A stretch of 64,000 nucleotides of DNA from Anaerolineae bacterium (GTDB lineage: Bacteria; Chloroflexota; Anaerolineae; UBA1429), in NCBI GenBank assembly GCA_040768165.1, contig JAXGNH010000010.1, forward strand, positions 120,590-184,589, written 5' to 3'. The notes under the pieces were generated by a model. It had not been told where the DNA came from and made no database searches. It saw nothing but the letters and a program-made list of their open reading frames with translations. This document shows positions 36,274 to 44,756 of this stretch, piece after piece. Position 1 is the first letter of the stretch. Each line of letters begins with the position of its first letter. The position numbers were made by a program, and so were the translations under genes.

Positions 36274-37191
36274 CTACTCTGCCGGCAATTCGATCACCGG
36301 GTTGCTCAGCGTGCCGAGCCCCTCGACGGTGATCTCGACGACGTCGCCGTCCGAGAGGGTGAAGGTGTCGGGCGGGACGATGCCCGTGCCTGTCATCACG
36401 AACACGCCATTAGGGAAGCTGTTGCAGCGCGCCAGGTAGCGCACCAGTTCCGTCAGCTTGCGATGGATGTGCGCCGTGCTCGTCTCGCCGGTGAACCCCG
36501 GCCGGCCGTCGCGGTAGATGGTGCACGACACCGGCAGCGCCAGGGGGTCGAACCCCTCGGTGGCCAGGCGTACCCACGGGCCCAGGGCGCAGCAGCGGTC
36601 GTACACCTTGGCCTGGGGCAGGTAGAGGGGGTTCTGCCCCTCGATGTCGCGGGAACTCATATCGTTGCCCACGGTGTACCCCGCGATCTCCATGGTGGGG
36701 GTGACCATCAGGGTTAGCTCCGCCTCGGGCACGTCCCACTGGGAATCGGCGCGGATCGCCACCGCCTCGCCGGGGCCCACCACGCGATGGGGCGTGGCCT
36801 TGAAGAAAATCTCGGGGCGCGGCGCCTCGTACACCCGGCCATAGATGGTCGGCTCGTTCGACTCGCGCATGCGCGCCTCGCGGCTCATCTCGTACGTCAC
36901 GCCGCAGGCCCACACCTCCTGGGTATCGAGGGGGGCGAGCACAAAGGGCGCGTTTGCGGGGTCGATGAGCGCCTCGGCGGAGGAGACGGCCTTGGCGGCG
37001 CCGGGCACCTGGGCGAGTTCGGCGATGGCCTGGGGCACGCGCCCCGCGGCGGCCTTGAGCCAGGCATCGAGGCTGGCGTATTCGGGACGGCCGAGCGCGG
37101 TGAGGTCATAGAGCCTGCCTTTGGCCACCAGGCCAAGGCGCACGTCGACCGCGGTCGTCTTGAAGCGGCAGAGGGAGAGATCGTTGGACAC
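36274..37191 (-). CDS. Fumarylacetoacetate hydrolase (FAH)-family enzyme, 2-keto-3-deoxy-sugar-acid dehydratase-like
   Basis: GTG start after AAGGAGG. FAH-fold motifs (EAELTLMV, GNDMSSRD, GTGIVPP). Confidence 0.7.
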   Translation of the reverse strand: MSNDLSLCRFKTTAVDVRLGLVAKGRLYDLTALGRPEYASLDAWLKAAAGRVPQAIAELAQVPGAAKAVSSAEALIDPANAPFVLAPLDTQEVWACGVTYEMSREARMRESNEPTIYGRVYEAPRPEIFFKATPHRVVGPGEAVAIRADSQWDVPEAELTLMVTPTMEIAGYTVGNDMSSRDIEGQNPLYLPQAKVYDRCCALGPWVRLATEGFDPLALPVSCTIYRDGRPGFTGETSTAHIHRKLTELVRYLARCNSFPNGVFVMTGTGIVPPDTFTLSDGDVVEITVEGLGTLSNPVIELPAE

Positions 37192-37253
37192 GAGTGCCTC
37201 CTTGAGACCAGCCCCCGCCGGGGGCGCGGATGGTGGGTGCGGTTGCGCCAGCC

Positions 37254-37281
37254 ATTATAGCCCGGGTTCAGGCGGCACAAA
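37254..37281 (-). promoter_or_regulatory. Candidate promoter TTGTGC-16-TATAAT
   Basis: Minus strand reads ttgtgc cgcctgaacccgggc tataat, upstream of the FAH gene. Confidence 0.45.
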
Positions 37282-37283
37282 AA

Positions 37284-37386
37284 CCGATGGTACGCTGATT
37301 CCGCTGGTCGGACGCTGATCTCCGCAGGTCCAAACAAGAGAATCTGCGGAATCAGCGCTTTATCTGCGGAATCAGCGTACCATCGG
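37284..37386. repeat. Family B-variant palindrome (ACGCTGAT / CTGCGGA arms)
   Basis: ccgatggtacgctgattcc ... ggaatcagcgtaccatcgg, perfect 19-bp outer arms. Confidence 0.9.
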
Positions 37387-37405
37387 ATTCACGCAAGCAG
37401 GCGCC

Positions 37406-39247
37406 CTACGAGGCCGGCACGTAGCTCGGCATGGTCTCGGCCGAGAGGAACTGGGTCTCGTACAGGTGGGCGTAGACGCCCTTTTTGGCCAGCAGCTCCT
37501 CGTGGGTGCCACGCTCGACGATCTGTCCGCCGTCGATCACCAGGATGGTGTGGGCGCGCTGTACCGTCGCCAGGCGGTGAGCGATGACGAGCGATGTGCG
37601 GCCGAACATCAGCGTCTCCATGGCATCCTGGATCAACCCCTCGGTGCGCAGGTCCACGTTAGACGTGGCCTCGTCCAGGATGAGCACCCGCGGCGCCGCC
37701 AGGATGACGCGCGCCAGGCAGATGAGCTGGCGCTGGCCGAGCGACACGTTGGCCGAGTTCTCGAGGATCTCGGTATCATAGCCGTCGGGGAGCCGCTCGA
37801 TGAACTCGTGGGCGTTGGCAGCCTTGGCAGCCGCGATGATGTCCTCGCGGCCGGCGTCGGGCCGGCCGAAGGCGATGTTGTAGGCGATGGAGCCCTGGAA
37901 CAGGAACGGCTCTTGCGGCACGACGCCCAGCTGCTCGCGCAGCGACTTGATGGTCACCTTGCGGATGTCGTACCCGTCGATGCATACCCTGCCACCCGAG
38001 ATCTCGTAAAAGCGCGACAGGACGTTGGTGACGGTGGTCTTGCCGGCGCCGGTGGGGCCCACCAGGGCCACCGTCTCGCCGGCGGGCACCTCAAAGCTCA
38101 CATCCTTCAGCACCGGCACGTTGGGCGCATAGGCAAAGTCCACGTGATCGAACAGCACGTGCCCCTTCACCGGCGGCAACTCTACGGCGTCGGGCGCGTC
38201 CTGGATGTCGGGCTCCTCATTGAGCACCTCGAGGATGCGCTCGCCGCCCGCCATGGCGGCCTGCCAGGTGTTAAAGATCATGCTGAGGTCCAGGATCGGC
38301 TGGAACAGCCGGCCCGTGTAGCTCAAAAAGGCCACCACCACGCCGATGGTGACGGCCCCCGCCGTCACAGCGCGACCGCCGAACCACAGGATGAGGCAGA
38401 TGGCGATCATGCTAAAGGCTTCCATGGTGGGGGTAAAAATGGAGGCCAGCGTGACGGCGGCGACGTGGGCGTCGCGGTTCTCGCGGTTGATCTCGTCGAA
38501 ATCGCGGCTGGTGCGGTCCTCCTCGGAAAAAGCCTGGATGACGCGCATGGCGCCCAAGTCCTCGGCCAGCCGGCCCGTGAGGATGCTCACCTTCTCACGG
38601 GTGCGGCGGTAGGCGAGGCGGGCGCGCCCGGCGAACATGAGCGTCGCCACGATCATCGGCGGCAGCACGAGGAAGGTCAGCAGCGCCAGGCGGGCGTTGA
38701 TGATCAGCATCACCGCAACGGTCGTGATGAGCACGACGACGTCACTGATCATGTTGATGAGCCCCTGAGAGAGGAGTTCGTTGATGACGCCGACGTCGCT
38801 GAGCATGCGCGAGATGAGCGATCCCGAGCCGTTGACGTCATAGTAGCGCATCGACAGCACCTGGTAGTGGCTAAAGAGCTGCGAGCGCATGGTGCGCAGC
38901 ACGTTGTTGCCCACCGTGTTGAGCAGCCACCGCCGGCGCCATCCGGAGGCAAAGTCGAGGATGTAGGCGACCAGGATAACGAGCGCCAAGCGGCTGAGCC
39001 CTGCCATGTTGCCGGCGGCGATGTGTTCGTCGATGGCGGTCTTGATGAGGTACGGCACGACCAGCGCAATGCCGGCGCCCGCCAGCATCAGCAGCACGCC
39101 CTCGACCATCTGGCGCTTGTAGGGCTTGAGGTAGGCCAGGAGCTGTTGCGTGATCTTCCAGTCGAATACTTTACCGGTGACCGATTTATAGTGGCCCACA
39201 TGGGCATGAGGGCCCCGAAACGATCCAGGACTAAAGGTGAAGCTCAT
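37406..39247 (-). CDS. ABC exporter, fused permease/ATPase (type I exporter, MsbA/multidrug-like)
   Basis: 6-TM domain, Walker A GPTGAGKTT, signature LSLGQRQ, Walker B ILILDEATS. Confidence 0.9.
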   Translation of the reverse strand: MSFTFSPGSFRGPHAHVGHYKSVTGKVFDWKITQQLLAYLKPYKRQMVEGVLLMLAGAGIALVVPYLIKTAIDEHIAAGNMAGLSRLALVILVAYILDFASGWRRRWLLNTVGNNVLRTMRSQLFSHYQVLSMRYYDVNGSGSLISRMLSDVGVINELLSQGLINMISDVVVLITTVAVMLIINARLALLTFLVLPPMIVATLMFAGRARLAYRRTREKVSILTGRLAEDLGAMRVIQAFSEEDRTSRDFDEINRENRDAHVAAVTLASIFTPTMEAFSMIAICLILWFGGRAVTAGAVTIGVVVAFLSYTGRLFQPILDLSMIFNTWQAAMAGGERILEVLNEEPDIQDAPDAVELPPVKGHVLFDHVDFAYAPNVPVLKDVSFEVPAGETVALVGPTGAGKTTVTNVLSRFYEISGGRVCIDGYDIRKVTIKSLREQLGVVPQEPFLFQGSIAYNIAFGRPDAGREDIIAAAKAANAHEFIERLPDGYDTEILENSANVSLGQRQLICLARVILAAPRVLILDEATSNVDLRTEGLIQDAMETLMFGRTSLVIAHRLATVQRAHTILVIDGGQIVERGTHEELLAKKGVYAHLYETQFLSAETMPSYVPAS

Positions 39248-41004
39248 TTACTCCCCCCTGCAGCAGGCTGAAGGGCTTGATCCTCCCGCCTGAGCTGGCG
39301 ATAGTAGATATCGGCATAGATGCCCGACTCGCGGATCAGATCGCTGTGGCGGCCCTGGGCCACCAGGCGCCCGTTGTCGAGCACCAGGATCAGGTCGGCG
39401 TTGCGCACGGTGGACACGCGCTGGGCGATGACGAAGGAGGTGCGCCCCTCCATGAGGCGCGCCAGGGCGGCCTGAATCTGCTGTTCGGTATCGGTGTCCA
39501 CGCTGGAGGTGGCGTCGTCCAGGATGAGGATGCGCGGGTCCATCAGCAGGGCGCGGGCGATGGCCACGCGCTGGCGCTGCCCGCCCGAGAGGGTCACGCC
39601 GCGCTCGCCCACGTCGGTGTTGTAGCCGTCGGACATCTGCACGATGAAATCGTGGGCCGCAGCGGCCCTGGCGGCCGCCTCGATCTCTTCCTGGGTCGCC
39701 TCGGGACGCCCGAAAGCAATGTTCTCGCGGATGGTGGTCGCAAAGAGGAGCGTCTCCTGGAGGACGATGCCGATCTGGCTGCGCAGCGACTCGAGCGTCA
39801 CTGTGCGAATGTCAGTGCCGTCGATGCGGATCGTGCCCTGCGTCGTCTCATAGAACCGGGGGATCAGGTTTGTGATGGTGCTCTTGCCCGACCCCGTGGG
39901 GCCCAGCAGGGCCACTACCTGGCCCGGCTTGACCTCGAAACTCACGTCCTGGAGGACCGGAGAGTCGTCAACATAGCTGAACGACACGTGGTCAAAGGTC
40001 ACCTGGCCGCGGATGGCGCCCATGGGCACGGCATCGGGCGAGTCCTCGACCTCGGATTCGGCGTCGAGGATCTCGAACACCCGGTCGGCCGAGGCGCGCG
40101 ACTCGCCCAGCATGGTGAGCAGGAATCCGAGGCGCCGCACGGGGTTCACCAACTGCAGGACATAGCTGTTGAAGGCGACGAGGGCACCCAGGGTGAGATT
40201 GCCCGCGATCACCTGCCAGCCGCCTACCCAGAGGACGAGCACCGTGCTCACCGAGGCGAGCAAGATCACCAGGGGCATGGCGAACGCGTTGAGGCGGTTG
40301 ATGGTCTGCGAGGTGTTAAAGATGGTGTCGTTCTCGCCGCCAAAACGCCCCATCTCGGCCGGCTCTTGAGCAAAGCCGCGCACCACGTGCATGCCACGCA
40401 GGTTCTGTTCCAGGCGCGATGTCAGGATGGCCGTCTGGTCCTGGCGGGCGTGGAACAGGGGGTGCACGCGCTCGATAAAGCTGCGCATGAACACGGTGAT
40501 GATGGGCATCACCACCAGCGCCATGGGCGCCAGCAGGGCGTTCATGCGGAACAGCGCCACGGTGGTGCCCACCAGCAGCACGAGGGCGTCAATGAGGCCC
40601 AGCACCCCGCGGCCGGTAATGCGCTGCAGCCGGTCGACGTCACTGGTGGCGCGAGACAGCAGCTGGCCCGTCTGTGCCCTGTCGTGGTAGCTGAAGGAGA
40701 GGCCCTGCAGCTTCCGATAGATCTCGTTGCGCAGGTTGTAGGCGATCCCCTGTGACACGCGTTCCGTCAAAAAGCCCTCAAAGAACCGAAAGACACCCTG
40801 CAAGAGGGTGGCCCCCAGGAGGAAGAACACCATCTGCGTGAGCACGTCGGGCCGGTTCTCGCCGATACCCACATCGACCACGCGCGCGACGAACTGCGGC
40901 CAGATGACGCGCACGGCGTTGATGCCCAGCATACAGAGATACGCCGCGATCTCGTGGGGCCAGTACTTGCGCATATAACCAAAGACCCGGAGGACAACTT
41001 TCAT
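39244..41004 (-). CDS. ABC exporter, fused permease/ATPase (partner subunit)
   Basis: Walker A GPTGSGKST, signature LSGGQRQR, Walker B ILILDDATS. 4-nt overlap with the downstream partner. Confidence 0.9.
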   Translation of the reverse strand: MKVVLRVFGYMRKYWPHEIAAYLCMLGINAVRVIWPQFVARVVDVGIGENRPDVLTQMVFFLLGATLLQGVFRFFEGFLTERVSQGIAYNLRNEIYRKLQGLSFSYHDRAQTGQLLSRATSDVDRLQRITGRGVLGLIDALVLLVGTTVALFRMNALLAPMALVVMPIITVFMRSFIERVHPLFHARQDQTAILTSRLEQNLRGMHVVRGFAQEPAEMGRFGGENDTIFNTSQTINRLNAFAMPLVILLASVSTVLVLWVGGWQVIAGNLTLGALVAFNSYVLQLVNPVRRLGFLLTMLGESRASADRVFEILDAESEVEDSPDAVPMGAIRGQVTFDHVSFSYVDDSPVLQDVSFEVKPGQVVALLGPTGSGKSTITNLIPRFYETTQGTIRIDGTDIRTVTLESLRSQIGIVLQETLLFATTIRENIAFGRPEATQEEIEAAARAAAAHDFIVQMSDGYNTDVGERGVTLSGGQRQRVAIARALLMDPRILILDDATSSVDTDTEQQIQAALARLMEGRTSFVIAQRVSTVRNADLILVLDNGRLVAQGRHSDLIRESGIYADIYYRQLRREDQALQPAAGGSK

Positions 41005-41019
41005 AAGCGATTTTCACCC

Positions 41020-41472
41020 TCACGTAAGTTCTGATTCGTCCACATCCGCGATCTCGGACAGCCTGGCAAGCGCCCGGTCGATCCCCTCCAATTCGTCGGG
41101 GTCCAGCTCGGGGAGCCGGGAGCGCAGCAACCAGATCATCCCAGCAGGCGTCGTGGTGGCGACCTGTCGTCCCTTTTCCGTGGGCTCGACGTAGACTTTG
41201 CGGCAGTCCTCGGTCGAGCGGCGTCGTGTAATATAGCCATCACGCTCCATGCGGTCCAAGAGTGAGGAGGTGGTGGCATCGCGCACATAGAGGTAGCGGC
41301 TGATTTGGCCGACGTTGCAGGGACCCTCCTGAACGAGGTGCCGGAGCACTGCCTGTTGTCTCCCAGAGATGTTGGCGCTCATGCGCACCTGCTCGCTCTT
41401 GCGCCGTTGGTAGCGCACCAACGTCAGGTAGCGATGCACGATCGATTCGGCCAGTACGCGCGCTCTGCTCAT
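41020..41472 (-). CDS. MarR-family transcriptional regulator
   Basis: wHTH region QQAVLRHLVQEGPCNVGQISRYLYVRDATTSSLLDRMERDGYITRRR. Confidence 0.8.
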   Translation of the reverse strand: MSRARVLAESIVHRYLTLVRYQRRKSEQVRMSANISGRQQAVLRHLVQEGPCNVGQISRYLYVRDATTSSLLDRMERDGYITRRRSTEDCRKVYVEPTEKGRQVATTTPAGMIWLLRSRLPELDPDELEGIDRALARLSEIADVDESELT

Positions 41473-41504
41473 AGGAGGGGTCCGTTCCGCCGGGGCCCAA
41501 AATG

Positions 41505-41547
41505 GTTAGCTAGCTAACGATTATACATCCATTCGCGAGGAGTGCAA
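41505..41547 (-). promoter_or_regulatory. marR-operon promoter (TTGCAC-16-TATAAT) with adjacent perfect 14-bp palindrome GTTAGCTAGCTAAC (operator candidate)
   Basis: The palindrome is at 41505..41518, immediately downstream of the -10 (41520..41525) on the minus strand. Confidence 0.55.
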
Positions 41548-41593
41548 GCGGCAATCGCGTTCGGCAGCATCCGGCGCACGCCGGTGGAGTTCC

Positions 41594-41721
41594 GTTGCAG
41601 GTTACAGGGGACAGGTTACAGGCCCTAGTGAACGACCCCCGTAGAGACTGTAACCTGCAATCCGACTTGGTAGCCCGTAACTCGTAACCCACAACTCGCC
41701 TATGACCTGCTACCTGTAACC
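41594..41721. repeat. Family A palindromic element
   Basis: gttgcaggttacaggggacaggttacaggcc ... gactgtaacctgcaatcc .. acctgctacctgtaacc. Confidence 0.8.
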
Positions 41722-41731
41722 TTGGAGGTGT

Positions 41732-41760
41732 TTGCCCCGAGCCCGTGGCTGACTTATACT
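41732..41760 (+). promoter_or_regulatory. Promoter TTGCCC-17-TATACT
   Basis: ttgccc cgagcccgtggctgact tatact, with RBS AGGAGGA at 41781. Confidence 0.5.
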
Positions 41761-41795
41761 CCGGCTCCAACCCACAGCAAAGGAGGAGCGCGCGC

Positions 41796-42248
41796 ATGGC
41801 TGAGAACGCCCTCGGCTCCGAGATCGTCTGTCAGGTAGGGGTGATTGTCGAGGATATCGCCAAGACGTCCAGGGCATGGGCGGACCTCTTGGGGGTGGAG
41901 CCGCCTCCCGCGCGGCTGACGGACGGGCAGGATGTGACGCATGCCCGCTATCGCGGCGAGGGCACCGACGCCCGCGCCAAGCTGGCCTTCTTTGACCTGG
42001 GCCAGGTGCAGCTCGAGCTGATCGAGCCGGTGGGCGGGCCGAGCACGTGGCGCGAGTTCCTCGACGCCCACGGCCAGGGGATACACCACATCGCCTTTCG
42101 CATCAAGGGGATGGACGGCGTCATCGCACGACTCGAGGCGCGGGGCGTGCCCCTGGTGCAGCGCGGCGACTATACGGGAGGATGTTACGCCTACCTGGAC
42201 GGCGTGCCCCAGTTGGGCGCCATCCTCGAGCTGCTGGAGAACTTCTAG
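41796..42248 (+). CDS. VOC/glyoxalase-family protein (methylmalonyl-CoA epimerase-like)
   Basis: VGVIVEDI..., LELIEPVGGPS, QGIHHIAFRI. Confidence 0.7.
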   Translation: MAENALGSEIVCQVGVIVEDIAKTSRAWADLLGVEPPPARLTDGQDVTHARYRGEGTDARAKLAFFDLGQVQLELIEPVGGPSTWREFLDAHGQGIHHIAFRIKGMDGVIARLEARGVPLVQRGDYTGGCYAYLDGVPQLGAILELLENF

Positions 42249-43142
42249 TCACACGATCACCAGCACCACGCCGAGGACCGACAGGGCGGTGCCGGCCGCC
42301 ACGTGGCGGCTAGGTCGCTCATGCAAAAAGATCATGCTGAGGGGCACGGCAAAGAGGGGCGCCGTGCACCCCACGATGGCCGTCTTGCTGGGGCCGGCGA
42401 GTTGCACCGCCGTCACATAGAGGGAGCCGCTGATCCCCCACCCCAGCAGCCCGGACAGGAGCAGGCAGCGCAGCATCGCCCGCTCGATGCGGCGGCCGGC
42501 GCCGAGCTGACCCCGCCGGGCGGCCACGGCGAGGGATAGCAGCACCACCACCGGCACGCGCACGCTGTTGGCGACGATGCTGTTGACTCCCCGCAGACCC
42601 AGCGCCACCAGGGTCGACGATAGGCCCCACAGAGCGGACGTGATCAGCGCCACGATCACGCCCCGGAGCAGCTGTTGGGGGGCGATGGCGTCCAGGGGCG
42701 CCGTCTGCACGCGGCCCCGGGGGCGCGCCACGAGGTAGACGCCCACCAGCACCAGCGCCATGCCGGCTAGGGTGGTCGCCTTGATCTGCTCGCCCAACAG
42801 GAGCACGCTAAAGACCACCGTAAAGATGGGGTAGCTGTTGGTGATGGGAAAGGCGCGGCTGACGCCCAGCGTCTTGAGGCTCGTGATGTAGAGGGCGTCG
42901 CCGACGACGCCACCCAGGATGACCGAGGCGGTGAGGAACAGCAGGCTCAGCCCCGTGAGTCGTTGGTAGTCGGGCAGGCCGCCCGTGATGAACACCAGCG
43001 GAATGATGACCAACATGCCCACGGCGGCGCGCAGGCCGTTCACCAGGAAGGGGTCTAGCCGCGTCGAGAGGGTGCGCAACAGGATGGTAGTGCTGGACCA
43101 GGTCATGGCCTGAATCAGCGCCAGCACGATGCCGGTGATCAT
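42249..43142 (-). CDS. EamA/DMT-family transporter
   Basis: 10-TM protein with two EamA-like halves. Confidence 0.75.
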   Translation of the reverse strand: MITGIVLALIQAMTWSSTTILLRTLSTRLDPFLVNGLRAAVGMLVIIPLVFITGGLPDYQRLTGLSLLFLTASVILGGVVGDALYITSLKTLGVSRAFPITNSYPIFTVVFSVLLLGEQIKATTLAGMALVLVGVYLVARPRGRVQTAPLDAIAPQQLLRGVIVALITSALWGLSSTLVALGLRGVNSIVANSVRVPVVVLLSLAVAARRGQLGAGRRIERAMLRCLLLSGLLGWGISGSLYVTAVQLAGPSKTAIVGCTAPLFAVPLSMIFLHERPSRHVAAGTALSVLGVVLVIV

Positions 43143-43377
43143 GGCTGCACCTACTCAGAGAGGATGGCGAGTTGGTGGCGGCGCGCCGGGTCACCGTGGG
43201 GCGCGGGTGCCGTAGGCTCGTGCGAGCCAGTATTCCATCGGCGCCGGGAATTGTCAAACATCATCTCACTCCCTCTCCTCCCAAATGTCGCCCCGCGTAA
43301 CCCTCGCGCATAGAGCAGTCTGGCGGGGGGCCGCCTCTGGGAGGTGAGGGAGGTACATACCGCTTCAAGGAGACGCG

Positions 43378-44736
43378 ATGTCCATCACCGCCCGAGACGT
43401 GCACGAGCATCTGCGCTCCCTGGGGCCCTGGGTCGCGTGGGACCGGGGCACCTGCGATGGGTTCAAACACGGCGACCCGGAGACCGCCGTCACCGGCATC
43501 GCCGTCACCTGGCAGTCGCTGCAGAACACGCTGGAGGAGGCTCACGCCAGGGGGCACAACCTCGTCATCACCCACGAGCCCACCTTTTACAGCCACATGG
43601 ACGACGACGCCGCCATGCGCGCCACGCCGCCCGGCCGGCGCAAGGCCGAGTTCCTCGATCGGACGGGGATGGTGGTGTACCGCTGTCACGATCTGTGGGA
43701 CATCTACCCGGAGAAGGGGATCGTGGACGCCTGGAGCGCCTTCTTGGATCTCGGCGCACCCATCGCGCGGGAGCGCTACTATAACCTCCATGCCGTGCCC
43801 GAAACGGCCGCCTGGGAGCTGGTGGGGCGCATCGCCCGCCAGGTGGCGCCCCTGGGGCAGCAGGCGGTGCAGTTCGTCGGCACCCCGTGGCAGATGGTCC
43901 ATCGCCTGGCGGTGGGCACGGGCGCCATCACCAACGTCCGCCGCATGGTGGAGCTGGGCGCCGACGTGGTGCTGGCCACCGACGACGGCGCCACTCTGTG
44001 GCGCGACGGCGCCTGGATGGCCGACCTCGGCGTGCCGATGATGGTGGTAAACCACACCACGGCCGAGATACCGGGTATGCGCAACCTCGCCGCGCATCTG
44101 GCGGAGCGGTTCCCGGCGGTGCCGGTCGAGTTCCTCGGGCCCACATGTGGCTACGAGATCTTGGCCACCGAGCGCGTGCGCGATACCGCCATCCGCATGC
44201 GACGCGACGACCTGGAGGGGCTGCCGCCGGTGGTGGTGCCCGAGGGGTACGTCTGCCGGCCCATGGCGCCCGACGAGGCCTGGGCCTACCTGGAGGTGAT
44301 GAACGCCTCGAACTATTCCGGCGAGGCGGATCAGGCCTGGTTCGACCGCACCTTTGCCGGCGATCCTGAATACGATCCCGCCCATCTGAAGCTCATCTGG
44401 CGGGGCGATCGCCCCGTAGCGGCGGCGGGCGCCTGGCACATCACCATCGACGACGAGCGTTGGGGCATGATCCATTGGGTGGGTGTGTCGAGGGACGAGC
44501 GCGGCGGGGGGTTGGGCAAGGCGGTGACGCTGGCCGCCCTGCACCGGCTGCGCGAGCGGGGGTTCACCCGCGCCATGCTCGACACGAACGCCTGGCGGCT
44601 GGCGGCGGTGGCGGCCTACATGCGACTCGGTTTCCGCCCCTGGCCCACCGAGCGCGGGCCGCAAGAGGTGTGGGACCGCGTCCTGACCGATATGGCGGCT
44701 TGGCGGCGCTGGGGCGCCCCCCGGCCAAGGGACTGA
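43378..44736 (+). CDS. NIF3-family (dinuclear metal centre) domain fused to C-terminal GNAT acetyltransferase
   Basis: The N-terminal 270 aa carry NLVITHEPTFY and HTTAEIPGM. The C-terminal domain has the GNAT motif RGGGLGKAV. Confidence 0.65.
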   Translation: MSITARDVHEHLRSLGPWVAWDRGTCDGFKHGDPETAVTGIAVTWQSLQNTLEEAHARGHNLVITHEPTFYSHMDDDAAMRATPPGRRKAEFLDRTGMVVYRCHDLWDIYPEKGIVDAWSAFLDLGAPIARERYYNLHAVPETAAWELVGRIARQVAPLGQQAVQFVGTPWQMVHRLAVGTGAITNVRRMVELGADVVLATDDGATLWRDGAWMADLGVPMMVVNHTTAEIPGMRNLAAHLAERFPAVPVEFLGPTCGYEILATERVRDTAIRMRRDDLEGLPPVVVPEGYVCRPMAPDEAWAYLEVMNASNYSGEADQAWFDRTFAGDPEYDPAHLKLIWRGDRPVAAAGAWHITIDDERWGMIHWVGVSRDERGGGLGKAVTLAALHRLRERGFTRAMLDTNAWRLAAVAAYMRLGFRPWPTERGPQEVWDRVLTDMAAWRRWGAPRPRD

Positions 44737-44756
44737 TGCGAATTGGAGGTCCTCCG

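Noticed and set aside
37466-40755. Plus-strand ORFs of 601 aa and 492 aa.
   Set aside because: They are antisense to the two ABC exporter genes, which carry Walker A/B and signature motifs on the minus strand. Likewise, the 432-aa ORF 17712..19010 is antisense to hypB/hypA.
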